A model generated the notes under the pieces. That model did no database searches. It was not told the origin of the DNA and was given only the letters and a program-made list of their open reading frames with translations. From positions 8,246,001 through 8,310,000 of the forward strand of contig OX597820.1 of NCBI GenBank assembly GCA_951406725.2: a DNA stretch of 64,000 nucleotides. Direction: 5' to 3'. This stretch comes from Octopus vulgaris (Eukaryota). The position numbers and the translations under genes are program-made. Shown in pieces: positions 12,775 to 25,668 of the stretch. Numbering within the stretch: position 1 is the first letter of the stretch; each line of letters opens with the position of its first letter.

Positions 12775-15700
12775 GTGGTCAGGTTGGAAGAGAGATCAAA
12801 AGAAAAATACCACGAAAACTATCACCACCACAACAACCCTCCTCTTCTCAGGCGCCGAATCCCCCCGTCCCCCCACATCTCCTTCCCAGTTTTCAGAGTT
12901 GGCACTATCAATGTTGGTACATTGACAGGCAAGTCTAGTGAGATTGTAGAGATGCTAGAGAGAAGACAGGTTGATGTATGCTGCATACAAGAGGTAAGAT
13001 GGAGAGATGCTTCGGCTAGGGTCCTCACGGGCAAGGCACTTAGGTACAAACTCTACTGGCAAGGTAACGCGGAAGGTGTAGGGGGTGTAGGCATTCTCCT
13101 TGCGGAGGAATGGGTGGATAAGGTCATAGAGGTTGTCAGGGTTTGTGATAGAGTGCTTAAGCTCAGGTTGGTCCTACAGAGTGGCACAGCTATGATTATC
13201 TCAGCCTATGCCCCACAAGCGGGACTACCAAATGATCAGAAGGACAACTTTTATGATACCCTTCTGCAGGCTACTTCAAAGACTAGTAACAAGGACCTCA
13301 TCTTTGTAGGTGGAGATTTTAATGGGCATGTTGGGCGGGAATCGGGTATCTTCACTGGGGTACATGGTGGCTATGGTATTGGCACCAGAAATGATGAGGG
13401 AACTAGACTGCTGGAATTCTGTGATGCATGTAACCTTTCAATCTGCAACACTAACTTCAAGAAGCCAGTCTGCCACCTTATAACTTATCAGTCAGGAGAC
13501 TCCGCTAGCCAAATAGACTTCATCCTCACCAGACAACGGGATGCAGGGTTGCTCTTGAATACAAAGACCCTCCCGGGTGAAGAATGTATCCCTCAGCATA
13601 GACTAATCATCAGTGACTTTAAGCTTGAGGCCAGAAGGACTCCAAGAAACAAACCAATCCAGAAAAGAAGGATTTGGAGGCTAAAGAACCCTTCGCATGG
13701 TCAGAAATTTAGGGACATACTCATCAAGAAATTTGATGAGAGGGAGGAGGAGCTTCAGACGTCAGACATAGAAGGTAGCTGGGAATTCCTACGGGACAGC
13801 TTGCTGAGTGCCACAGACCAAGTCTGTGGATGGTGCAAAGTCCCTTCCAGACCTAGAATTACGTGGTGGTGGAATAGTGCAGTAGATAAAGCCATCTGTG
13901 AAAAGAGACGGGCCTGGAAAGCCTGGAAGGATGGGGGCAGCAGGGAACTGTACCAGATAGCCAAAAGGGAGGCTGGGCGGCAGGTATACATTGCCAAAGA
14001 TGTAGCAGAAAAGAAGAAGTTTGCCAATGTCCAGCGTCGCGAGGATCAAAGAGCTGAAGTATTTCGGATTGCCAGACAGTGTGTCAGAGAAAATAGCGAT
14101 GTTATAGGAGAGAAATGTGTCCGCATGGATGATGGGGCACTTGCTTTTACTACTAGTGAAAAGAAAGAGGCTTGGAGAAGCCATTATGAAAGACTGCTGA
14201 ATGAGGAGAATGAATGGGAGGAGGAGAGCCTGCCAAATGTTGACCCAGTAGAGGGACCAGCTACCCGAATAGACAGCTCCCTTGTAGATAAGGCAATTAA
14301 GGATATGAAACCAGGCAAAGCCCCTGGCCTATCAGGAATCACTGCTGAGATGCTTAAAACAGCTGGCTATGTGGGCTATGCCATAGTCACCCGCATTGTA
14401 AACCAGGTAGTTCACAATGGAGTCATACCCAATGACTGGTGCAGCAGCACCATAGTCAACTGCTACAAGGGTAAGGGTGATGCTCTAGATAGAAATAACT
14501 ACAGAGGTATCAAACTGTTGGACTAGGTGATGAAGGTCTCAGAGAAGGTCATAACCAATCTCATTAGGGAGAGAATTTGTTTAGATGAAATGCAGTTCGG
14601 TTTTGTACCAGGTAGAAGCACCACTGATGCTATATTCCTGGTCCGACAACTGCAGGAGAAGTACCTAGCTAAAGATAAACCCCTCTACATAGCTTTTGTA
14701 GACTTGGAGAAAGCCTTTGACAGGGTTCCCCGTTCCCTTATCTGGTGGTCGATGCGGAAACTGGAGATTGAAGAATGGCTAATAAGGGCTGTACAGGCTC
14801 TATACAGAGAGGCTGTCAGCAAGGTTAGGATTGGCAACGAATATAGTGAAGAATTCCGGGTAGAAGTAGGTGTGCACCAGGGCTCAGCCCTCAGTCCCCT
14901 TTATTCATCATAGTCCTTCAGGCAATAACAGAGGAATTCAAAATGGGATGCCCCTGGGAGCTCCTCTATGCCGATGACCTAGCTCTCATAGCAGAATCAC
15001 TACCGGAACTAGAAGAGAAATTTCGGGTGTGGAAGCAAGGGTTAGAATCAAAGGGCCTTAGAATAAATGTAGCAAAGACCAAAGTATTAGTAAGCAGCAA
15101 GAGGTACTCAGCACACACCCCCTCGGGTAGGTGGCCCTGCTCAACCTGTAGGAAAGGTACAGGTAGAAACTCCATAAGATGCACCCAATGTAAGTTATGG
15201 ACACATAAGAGGTGCAGCAACATTAAAGGGAAATTAACAGATAAGATAGCTTTCATGTGCGGCAGATGCACAGGGACAATAGACACAACAGACACTCAGA
15301 AAACAGATTCCATCACACTCCAGGGAGAGAAACTAGAAGTAGTTGATAGTTTCCGCTACCTGGGTGACCAAGTTAGTAGCGGAGGTGGATGCACAGAGAG
15401 TATCACCACTAGAATACGAATAGCCTGGGCAAAGTTCAGAAAGCTCCTACCCCTACTGGCAACAAAAGGTCTCTCCCTCAGAGCAAAAGGTAGATTGTAT
15501 GATGCATGTGTGCGAACTGCCATGCTTCACGGTAATGAAACATGGGCTGTGACTGCAGAAGACATGCGTAGACTTGAAAGAAATGAAGCTAGCATGATCC
15601 GCTGGATGTGTAGTGTCAGTGTGCACGCAAGACAGAGTGTAAGCATCCTGAGAGAAATGCTGGATATAAGAAGCATCAGATGTGGTGTGCAAGAGCGACG

Positions 15701-16040
15701 CTTGCGATGGTATGGTCATGTGCTGCGGATGGATGAAGAGAGATGTGTGAAGAAGTGCCACTCCCAAACAGTTGAAGGTATCAGGGGGAGAGGTAGACCC
15801 AGGAAGACATGGGATGAGGTAGTCAAGCATGACCTCAGAGCATTGGGCCTCACTGAGGCAATGGCGAAGGACCGAGATCTCTGGAGATATGCTGTGACTA
15901 CAAAGACCCGGGCTGCTTTCTGCAGCAATTCCACATACCCCCTACCCATTCTAAGTACCCCGGATCCCCAAAGTACTCTGGATCCCCAAAGTACCCCGAT
16001 CCCCAAAGTACCCCGGACCTCGTTGCCCCCGTGCCGCTGA
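12775..16040 (+). pseudogene. RTE ORF: AP endonuclease - reverse transcriptase with PHD-type finger; disrupted
   Basis: APE motifs TINVGT, CIQEVRW, GDFNGH, SQIDFIL. RT motifs KAPG, NYRGIKLL, QFGF, FVDLEKAFDRV, GVHQGSALSP, LYADD, FRYLG. In-frame TAG at 14524-14526 and a frameshift near 14900. Confidence 0.95.
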
Positions 16041-17436
16041 CACGTTAAAAGCTCGAACCGATCGTGACCGATGCCGGACCCTCCGGCCCCTGTGCAGGTG
16101 GCACGTAAAAAGCACCCAATCCACTCACGGAGTGGTTGGCGTTAGGAAGGGCATCCAGCCGTAGAAACTCTGCCAGATTCAGACTGGAGCCTGGAGCGGC
16201 CCCTGGCTTCCCAGACCCGGTCGAACCGTCCAACCCGTGCTAGCGCGGAAAGCGGACGTTAAACGATGATGATGATGATGATGATGATACAAATATACGA
16301 CGGGCCTCCTTCAGCTTCCATCCACCAAATCCACTCACAAGGCCTTGGTTGGCCCAAGGCCAGTAGTTTCAAGCTCTGGAAAGGAAGACCTGGTCTGATC
16401 CTGGCTATGTTAAGGAGGTGTTTGCTAGGAGAGTCCTTAATCTTCTGTGGTGATAGCAAAGGACTCTGACATTTGAAAGACCCATAAGGGATCTTGCTGC
16501 ATACTTTTTAATTTTGGGTTTTTTTTTTTTTCTTAAGGACATAAAATATTCTAGGACTACACTATCTGATGTGCTGTTTTTTGGGTTTTTTTATTGGTTA
16601 TCCCCAAAGTACTGCTCCAGCTGGGCTATAGCTGAAGACATTCCAGCTTTGAACATCCTGTTTTTTTTATTCAGACAGTAGTATATCTAAGAGTACATTG
16701 TATAATGTGTACTTTCTTTTTAAGATAATAGGGAGTTCTCTGAAGGAATCATGTCAACCATTTCTAGCAGAACAAGGGCATTAGTGTTCCCTATGATATA
16801 CCATTGGTGTATTTATAGGGGACAGTAGTGGTAAACAATTGTGTGGTAGTGGCCATGGGAGGTAGTGGTGAAGGTGATAGTGGATTAGAACCCAGGTCAG
16901 CCCTGATTGAGCAAACCTATGATCAAAGACATTCCAGCCATGATCATCCCATCTTTTTCTATGTACAGGGAACCTAAGACTTCATTATACAGTGTTCCTT
17001 TTCTAAGACGGTAAGGTGTGAGTTGAGGAAGATTTGGCTGTTATTTCCAGCAGATTCAGCAACCACACAGCAGCACCTTCAATGTTTGATGCGATGAAAG
17101 TATGTGGTAACGGAGGGGGGGAGTAGTGGCAGGTGATCATTGGAGTGGTGGTGGTGGTGGTGTTCCCTCTCCCACCCTCCACATCTTGGACAGTAATGTG
17201 GAGGTGGAGGGGAGAGAGGGGTTTTGGAAGAAAGTGGGTCAGGGTGGTCAGAAATGTAGGGGAGAGTAGAAGGGGGTGGGGGTGGAGTGTGTCTGTGTTT
17301 GTGTTTCTAAAATACTTTCATTGCTGACTTTAAAACCAAGGAAATAGGAACGAAAACACCGGAAGTGAAACAACAACAACAACAAATAAAACAGCTTCTA
17401 TTACATAGACCACTACTACTACTACTACTCATATTA

Positions 17437-17467
<31 letters not shown>

Positions 17468-17665
17468 TCCATATGCCACTTGGAAAAATCACAGGACATT
17501 AAACAATTAAATACACATACACACATATATATACATACATACATACATACATACATACATACATACACACACCTCTTAGTAATACAACAACCACTAAGTG
17601 ACTCAAGGAAGCATCTACAAGTTCACTCAGTTTACTAGAAACAGCAGCTACATCTTCAAATAATA

Positions 17666-17898
17666 CCTATTTCTTTACTACCCACAAGGGGCTAAACACA
17701 GAGAGGACAAACAAGGATAGACAAACAGATTAAGTCGATTACATCGACCCCAGTGCCTAACTGGTACTTAATTTATAGACCCCGAAAGGATGAAAGGCGA
17801 AGTTGACCTCGGCGGAATTTGAACTCAGAACGTAACGGCAGACAAAATACCGCTAAGCATTTCACCCGGCGTGCTAACATTTCTGCCATCATGCCACC
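17666..17898 (-). mobile_element. SINE family B with 18-bp TSD
   Basis: CTACATCTTCAAATAATA at 17648-17665 and 17899-17916. Confidence 0.9.
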
Positions 17899-18074
17899 TA
17901 CATCTTCAAATAATAGCCTACTGGTTTTAGAATAAAGGATGCACAGTCTGAACATAGTTCTGTTCCTGAAACAAGATTTCTCCACCACCAAGTCCTGAAC
18001 CAAGTGGAGCTAGAGAATCAACCCGACCGGTTACCCCAATCACCACCCCCACCAAATTCAATGAAGTCACCCAG

Positions 18075-20290
18075 TTTATACAATACAGAGGTGTCAAATT
18101 ACTGGATCAAGTCAAGATAGTTACACAAAAGGTCGCTGCTCAACTAATTAAGAAGAGAGTTTAATGAGATGAGATGCTGCTTGGTTTTGTGCCAAGATAC
18201 TATCTTCCTAGAAAGGCAAATACAGGAGGAGAAACATATAGCCAGAAATATGCCGCTGTACTTGGCATTTGTTGATACGGAGAAAGCCCTTGACAGGGTC
18301 CATCGCTCCCACATGTGGTGGTTGATGTGGAAGCTAGGGGTAGATGGGTGGCTGGTGGTAGCAGACCATGCCATGTACAAGAATGCTGTCAGTAGTGTAG
18401 CAATGAATTTAGTGAGCAGGTAGGAGTTCACTAAGGCCCGGTTCTCAGCACCCTCTTCTTTATCATAACAGACCATAACAGAGGAATATAAAACTGGTTG
18501 GCCATAAGAGCTTCTCTATGCTGATGACCCTTGTTCTTATAAGCTGAATCTCGAGTGGAATTAGAGAAATTTCAGGGGTGAAAACAAAGCCTGGAATCGA
18601 AGGGTTTTAGAGTTAATTTAGCAAAGACCAAAAGTCTAGTAAGCAGGAAAGCAGATAAATTACTAATCCCTCCAGGGAAATGGCCCTGCTTATCATCATC
18701 ATCATCATCATTGTTTAACGTCCGCCTTCCATGCTAGCATGATTTGGACGGTTTGACTGAGGGCTGGCAAACCAGATGGCTGCACCAGGCTCTAATCTGA
18801 TCTGGCAGAGTTTCTACAGCTGGATGTCCTTCCTAATGCCAACCACTCCGAGAGTGTAATGGGTGCTTTTTATGTGCCACCGGCAGGGGGCCAGTCAGGT
18901 GGTACTGGCAATGACCTCACTTGAATATTTTTACACGTGCCACCGGCACAGGTGCCAGTAAGGCACCATTGGTAACAATCACGCTCAAATGGTGCCCTTT
19001 TACATGCCACCGGCATGGAAGCCAGTTGGCTGCTCTGGCAACGATCACACTCGGATGGTGCTCTTGGCACCCTGCTAGCACGGGCACAAGTGCCAGTAAG
19101 GCGACGCTGGTAATGATCACACTCGAATGGTGCCCTTTTATGTGCCACTGGCACAGAAGCCGGTTAACCGCTCTGTTAAACGATTACACTCATATGGTGC
19201 TCTTTGCACCCCACTAGCATGGATGCCAGTCATCGAATTTGATTTTGATTTCACTTGCCTCAACAGGTCTTCGCAAGCAGAGTTTAGTGACCAAAAAAGG
19301 AAAAGGTATGCATAAAGGTGTAGGAAGAAATTCCATGATGTACCCAGTAAAAGCTATGGACACATAAGATGTGCAGTGGAATCACAGGAAGGTTAACAGA
19401 GAAAGTAGTATTTGCATGCAGCAGATGTGCAGGAAACAGTAAACACTAAGAACACACAGGAAACAGATTTTTTCTGAAATGGCCCTGGTGAGGATTCTTA
19501 GAAGTAACAGATTCTGTTATCTAGGTGATCAAATTAGCAGTGAAGGAGGATGCTCTGAAAGCATAGATGCCAGAATAAGAGCCAGCTGGGCAAAAATCAG
19601 AAAGTTTATTATCTTTATTGCTAACAAAGGACCTTGGCTGGGTCAACCAGGAGAATTCATCTACGAAGCAATTGCCCCAGCTCCCCTTCAGCATTGGCAA
19701 AAGCGATGTGGTGGACAACAAAAAACCTGGCTGATGACAGTCAAGGCTGATCTGGAACCCAGCCTAGGCTCCCATATCTATAGCGACGCCGCTGGAATAA
19801 GGAGTGGTTGGAGATCACGCGGTCGTTAGCCTCAAATCGCCAGGCCTGGTCAGCGTTTGTGAGAGATGCAGTATTGAGGATGAATGAAGCCAGCTCAACC
19901 CACCCCAGGTGAATGCTGTCTCAAGACAAGAAGAAGACAAGACTATATGATGCTTGTGTATGAACAGCTATGCTACATGGTAGGGAAGGAAACATGGGCT
20001 GTGACTGTAGAAGACATGTGATGGCATGAAAGAACTGAAGGTAGCAGAATGTGCATTGTCAATGTGAATAATCAACAAAGTGTAAATATGTTGGGGGAAA
20101 AATTGGGTATAAGAAGCATCAGATGTACAAGAGAGAAGACTGAGCTGGTTAGGTCAAGTGATGAGGATGGCTGCATAAAGAAATGCTGATCAGTAAATGT
20201 GGAGGGCACATGTGGAAGAGGGAGATGTAGGAAGAAGTAGGACAAAATGAAGAAAGATTTTCAGATGTTGAGCTTGACAAAAGACTGAGA
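18075..20290 (+). pseudogene. Decayed RTE LINE (RT to 3' end), same lineage as 11811-16289
   Basis: YRGVKLLD, LYLAFVDTEKALDRV, ELLYADD, YLGDQISSEGGCSES motifs. Interrupted by an RTE-tail repeat (about 18692-19315, -) and another RTE fragment. Confidence 0.88.
19630..19942 (+). mobile_element. 3' fragment of a different RTE-clade LINE nested in the relic
   Basis: WQKRCGGQQKTWLMTVKADL motif, typical of RTE C-termini; CAAGA-type tail. Confidence 0.7.
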
Positions 20291-20314
20291 AAATTGGTTT
20301 GTTGCTTTTTGTTT

Positions 20315-20611
20315 GTTCTTTCTCGAGCCATCCCTGGCTCATAGGGCCGGTTTCCCGGTTTCCTTGGCGTATAGGTTCCCCACCTGGACGGGATGCCGGT
20401 CCATCGCAGGTGAGCTGCATGATGCTGGAGGAAAGAGTGAGAGAAAGTTGTAGCAAAAGAGTCAGCAGAAGTTCGCCATTACCTTCTGCCGGAGCCGCGT
20501 GGAGCTTAGGTGTTTTGCTCTTAAATACACGCATTGCCCTGTCTGAGATTTGAACCTGTGATCCCTCGACCGCAAGTCCACTGCTCTAACCACTAGGCCA
20601 TGTGCCTCCAC
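20315..20611 (-). mobile_element. tRNA-headed SINE family D
   Basis: Minus strand begins GTGGAGGCACATGGCCTAGTGGTTAG (A-box) and has a B-box GGTTCAAATC. Head shared with 35861. Confidence 0.8.
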
Positions 20612-20870
20612 AAAAAAAATAAATGCGCCCTTTTAAAGCCTAGCCAGACTCATGGGCCCGGTACCCCGGTTTCTATGGTATATGTGTTCCCCAGTTGGAC
20701 GGGACGCCAGTCCATCACAGCGTTACTCATTTTTGCCAGCTGAGTGGACTGGAGCAACATGAAATGAAGTGTTTTGCCCAAGAACACAATACGTCACCCG
20801 GTCCAGGAATTGAAACCACAATCTTACGATCATGATGTTGAAACCCTAACCACTAAGCCACGCGCCTCCA
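20612..20870 (-). mobile_element. tRNA-headed SINE family E
   Basis: Reverse complement of 60272-60535; contains a V-domain-like GATGGACTGGCGTCCCGTCCA. Confidence 0.82.
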
Positions 20871-22413
20871 GTTTTGGTGTCCTTGAGAAGAGCCATTCAG
20901 TTAGGTAACGCTGAGACCATAAAGTTGTTTAAGTCCACCCGTTGCACACAATCAGTCCCCCCACAAATCACTTTCCCACAACCTATTTTCCCATCCCTCC
21001 ACCTGGGTTCACCACTTGCTGAATTCCCGTCCCCTCTAGCTTCCACTCTCCCTTCGCACCCTTCTTGCAAACACGTCTGCACACAATGTGTTCCTGTTGA
21101 ATCCCCCCCATCCTCCTAACAACCCCCCTCCCTCAATAAAATTCTCTCCCCTCCCATCCATCTCCCACTCACCCTACCCAATCCTTGGTTCCACTTCACT
21201 TGAGTGTACCCCACTCCCATCACATTTTCACCACCTTCCCTCTCTCTTTTTCCTATCTCCTACTGCAGTAGCTACGCATCTCCTCCTCAACTGCAACAAA
21301 CCGGTTTTTTACCCCCTTTTCACACTCTCACCTTCATCAATACTACTCCTCATTCTGTTGTAGGGTCCTGTCTTGCAAGTTACTTGGTGACATCACTGGT
21401 GCTGGTGCCACATAAAAAGCACCCAGTACGCTCTGTAAAGTGGTTGGCATTAGGAAGGGCGTCCAGTCATAGAAACCATGCCAAAACAGACAGCAAGAGT
21501 TTGGTGCAGTTTTCTCACTTAGCAGCTGCAGTGAAATTGTCCAACACATGCTAACATGGATGAAGAACATGAAACAACAATGATGATGTATTAAGTCATA
21601 AACCCTACCCATCTCTCTCTCTCTCTCTCTCTCGTTATATTAGCAATGATGGGTGAAGTTGATAAGGATTAGGTCAGAGAAGAGAAAACTACAGCTGACT
21701 ACACACACACACAGCCAAGAGATAGTATGGTGAACACAGCCTTTAGGCTCTATTCCTCATACTATATCTTCTCCTACTATGGCCAGATAACAAGAGAAAA
21801 TCCTCTGCCTTTCAAAGGAAAATGGCAGAGCAATTTTCACAAAAGATTCACTTAACACCCAGGTCCAGAGTTATATCCAACACATAACAATTATTTGACA
21901 TAATCCACCTGTCTCTAATCTAAAGACACTGAATGAATGCAGAGAATGGTTTTGTCACTTACACTATGTGTCAGACATGATCAGTTGTTTAAACTACCTC
22001 TCTACCATGCCTATAGAAATATCTGAGTATTTAAACTATCACTGTACCATGTCTATAAAACTAATATACCCGACTAACAGCAATCACTCCACCTTCCAGC
22101 AGTGTCGTCAGACAACTGAATGTTATTCATAATCTCTGAACAGAAAATCTCTCAGAAAATCTTTTTCTTTTTTTTTATAAAAACTCGTTACAAGTATTTT
22201 CAACGAGGTTTAGGGTCTCTAATCCCCAAGGAAAGGCATTGTTGTTTCACACATTCTGCAATAACACTCAATAGAATATAAGGCTGAGTGTTCAACTGTA
22301 TTACTCATCTGTATTATTATTAATTCAACTGTATTACTCAGAATACAGTTGTGAACACCTGTTAACACTTATGCCAAAACCTCTTTCATCTGTAGTAGCA
22401 GTGGTGGTGGTCA

Positions 22414-22477
<64 letters not shown>

Positions 22478-22480
22478 GGT

Positions 22481-22539
<59 letters not shown>

Positions 22540-22540
22540 G

Positions 22541-22599
<59 letters not shown>

Positions 22600-22610
22600 G
22601 GTAGTAGTAT
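22414..22610. repeat. Compound (GTA)n/(GTG)n microsatellite
   Basis: Alternating GTA and GTG blocks with ~60-bp periodicity. Confidence 0.95.
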
Positions 22611-24299
22611 CAACATGACTACTTCAAATACTGCTATTAACAATCTCACCAAAATCCCTGCTACAACCACTAACACCACTACCATCACCATCTTCACAAA
22701 CAGCACCACCAATACCACTGCCGCTCCCATGATCGCCAGCAATACCACCACCACCACTGCAATCAGGTCTAAGTGTGGAAGGAAATGACAAAATCAAGAC
22801 AAAGGGTTCCTCACTAATTCCTCAACACCCAAAACCACCACCACCACCACCACCATTACCATCACCATCATCATCATCATCACATCAAGGCTGGCTCTAA
22901 ATGACTACCACCTCCCTTAAATCATACTACTGTCTTAAGAAATTACGTTGGATAATATAGTAAAAAAAAATGAGATGGTCCTGGTTGGAATGTCTTTGAT
23001 CAAAAGTCTGTTTGATGAGCCCTAAGGCTTAACAAGTCAACAAGACTGTTCTTCAAAACCCATCACCACTATACCACCCCCACCATCATCCTCCCATCAC
23101 CACCAGGCAGTCAGGAAATAACACTACCTCATTATCACCATCACACACACACACCCATCTCACACCTCACCAGCATCCTATATTACAAGGTGAGGGTGGG
23201 GATGGGGTGTGTTTCTATGTCAATAAACCATTTGTTGATAACCTTTCAACAAGCACATATCATGTGTAAAACATACACACACACAGAGGCACACCAGACA
23301 CACAGGCGCGCACACACATCTGTCTGTTGTCTGTCTGTCTATATAAGGTGCCTCCACTCTCCGGAAGTGTTACCCCAGACAAACGTGCAGCAATGTGCAG
23401 TTACCCTAACACTAAACCAATTCTCCCATTGGACTTCAAAATGTTACCCCGGAAGTTTCTGTTGCCCAGAAGTTTTGACTTATTTCGTTTTGTCAGATGG
23501 AAGTTCAGTGAAGATAGAAATCGAAAACAAAATTAGGGTCCTAGGGTTCCGGAAATGCACTTTTAACACATTTCCATGAATTCTTATATAACACAGCCAA
23601 TACTGACTGCATCTGTGCGTATAAGCTATCCGCATACATATTTATGTAGATCTATGTACACCTCTCTCTCTCTCTCTCTCTCTTTCTCTCAGTATATACA
23701 TGTGTGTGTGAGGGAGAGAGAGTGGAGGGGTAAGAAGAAGTTGGAAAGAATCATTTAACACAACCCCTCCCCCAACCGTCTATCACCACCACCCCCCATT
23801 CTCAACACAGAATCTACCCCAGTTTTCCCCTGCTGTTGTTTTAACACCAGCTGTTATTATTAGAAAGGTTTTAAGATTTAATATTTATTCCATGAATTTG
23901 TTTCTTCTTGGATGGCACAGTTAGGGAAATTGTAGAGTGGAGTCCATGGCACAGTAAATGTGACATTGGTAATTTCATATTAGATTCTGAGGCAGATGCT
24001 GCAAGTTCAATCGAAGCCGGTTCTTTGGACATCAACAGCTGGGATGAGTTTAAGAAACAGGGAGGAAGAGAACCAACGTTAAAATGGGGAAACATTTAGT
24101 GATTGCAGCCAAAAGAGAAAATCAGCAGATCTAAAAGACACGACCATTCTACACATCTTGGAGACGGTCTTAGAAGCTCAACATGGATCCCCAGCAATAA
24201 GATTGGGTTAGGGAGGGAGGTGGGTTGGTTGTGTTAAATAGTTCTTTCCAAACCCTCTTGTTGTCCACACCACTCTCTCTCCCTCCCTCCCTCACTCAT

Positions 24300-25650
24300 A
24301 CATCATCATCATCATTTAACGTCCGTTTTCCATGCTAGCATGGGTTGGACAGTTCGACCGGGGATCTGGGAAGCCAGAAGGCTGCCCCAGGCTCCGGTCT
24401 TATCTGGCAATGTTTCTACAGCTGGATGCCCTTCCTAACACCAACCACTCCGTGAGTGTAGTGGGTGCTTTTTACGTGCCACCTGCACTGGAGTCAGGTG
24501 AGGCTGGCATCGACCACAGGTGGATTGGTGCATTTTACGTGCCACCTGCACGGAAGCCAGTCGAGGCGGCACTGGCTTCGGCCACGATTCGGATGGTGCT
24601 TTTTACGTGCCACCGACACGGAAGCCAGTCGAGGCGGCGCTGGCATCGGCCACACATATATATATATATCATCATCATCATCATCATCATTTAGCGTCCG
24701 TTTTCCATGCTAGCATGGGTTGGACGGTTCAACTGGGGTCTGGGGAGCCCGAAGGCTGCACCAGGCCAGTCAGATCTGGCAGTGTTTCTACAGCTGGATG
24801 CCCTTCCTAACGCCAACCACTCCGAGAGTGTAGTGGGTGATTTTATGTGCCACCGACACAGGTGCCAGACGAGGCTGGCGAACGGCCACGCTCGGATGGT
24901 GTTTTTATGTGCCACCGACACAGGTGCCAGATGAGGCTGGCGGACGGCCACGATCGGATGGTGTTTGTTACGTCCCCAAAGCACGGAGGCCAGTCTATGC
25001 GGTACTGGCTACGGCCACGTTCGGATGATTTTCTTGTGTGCCACCGGCACTGGTACCACAAAGATACAAATTCCATTGATGTTCATCTATTTTGATTTGT
25101 TTTGATTTGATTTGATTTGATTTTCACTTGCCTCAACAGGTCTTCACAAGTGTCACAAGAAGGAAGGTATGCACAGGTGGACTGACTACGTCCCAGGTAG
25201 GGGCCACGGGTTATGGCCTGACTAGTCTTGCCGGGTCTTCGGATGGTGTTTTTATGTGCCACCGACACAGGTGCCAGATGAGGCTGGCGAACGGCCACGA
25301 TCGGATGGTGTTTGTTGCGTGCCCACAGCACGGAGGCCAGTCGATGCGGTACTGGCTACGGCCACGTTCGGATGGTTTTCTTGTGTGCCACCGGCACTGG
25401 TACCACAAGATACAAATTCCATTGATGTTCATCTATTTTGATTTGATTTGATTTGATTTTCACTTGCCTCAACAGGTCTTCACAAGTGTCACAAGAAGGA
25501 AGGAAGGTATGCACAGGTGGACTGACTACGTCCCAAGTAGGGGCCATGGGTTATGGCCTGACTAGTCTTGCCGGGTCTTCGGTTGGTGTTTTTATGTGCC
25601 ACCGACACAGGTGCCAGATGAGGCTGGCGGACGGCCACGATCGGATGATA
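24300..25650 (-). mobile_element. Two consecutive RTE-tail repeats, the second with internal tandem duplications
   Basis: (CAT)n starts at about 24300 and 24668; a ~340-bp block is repeated at about 24890-25240 and 25240-25580. Confidence 0.85.
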
Positions 25651-25668
25651 TATATATATATATATATA

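Larger units (their letters stand above)
11811..16289 (+). mobile_element. Near full-length RTE-clade non-LTR retrotransposon (LINE)
   Basis: About 950-bp 5' region following (TA)n, single EN-RT ORF, 3' UTR and (GAT)n tail at about 16265-16289. The 5' boundary is inferred; no TSD seen. Confidence 0.93.

Noticed and set aside
16885-17060. Old dispersed repeat (CCCAGGTCAGCCCTGAT...CCTATGATCAAAG; similar at about 10280, 22970, 46630 and 50540)
   Set aside because: Real but too degraded to delimit or classify; probably an ancient SINE.
22386-22757. 123-aa hydrophobic ORF
   Set aside because: Product of (GTA)n/(GTG)n repeats.
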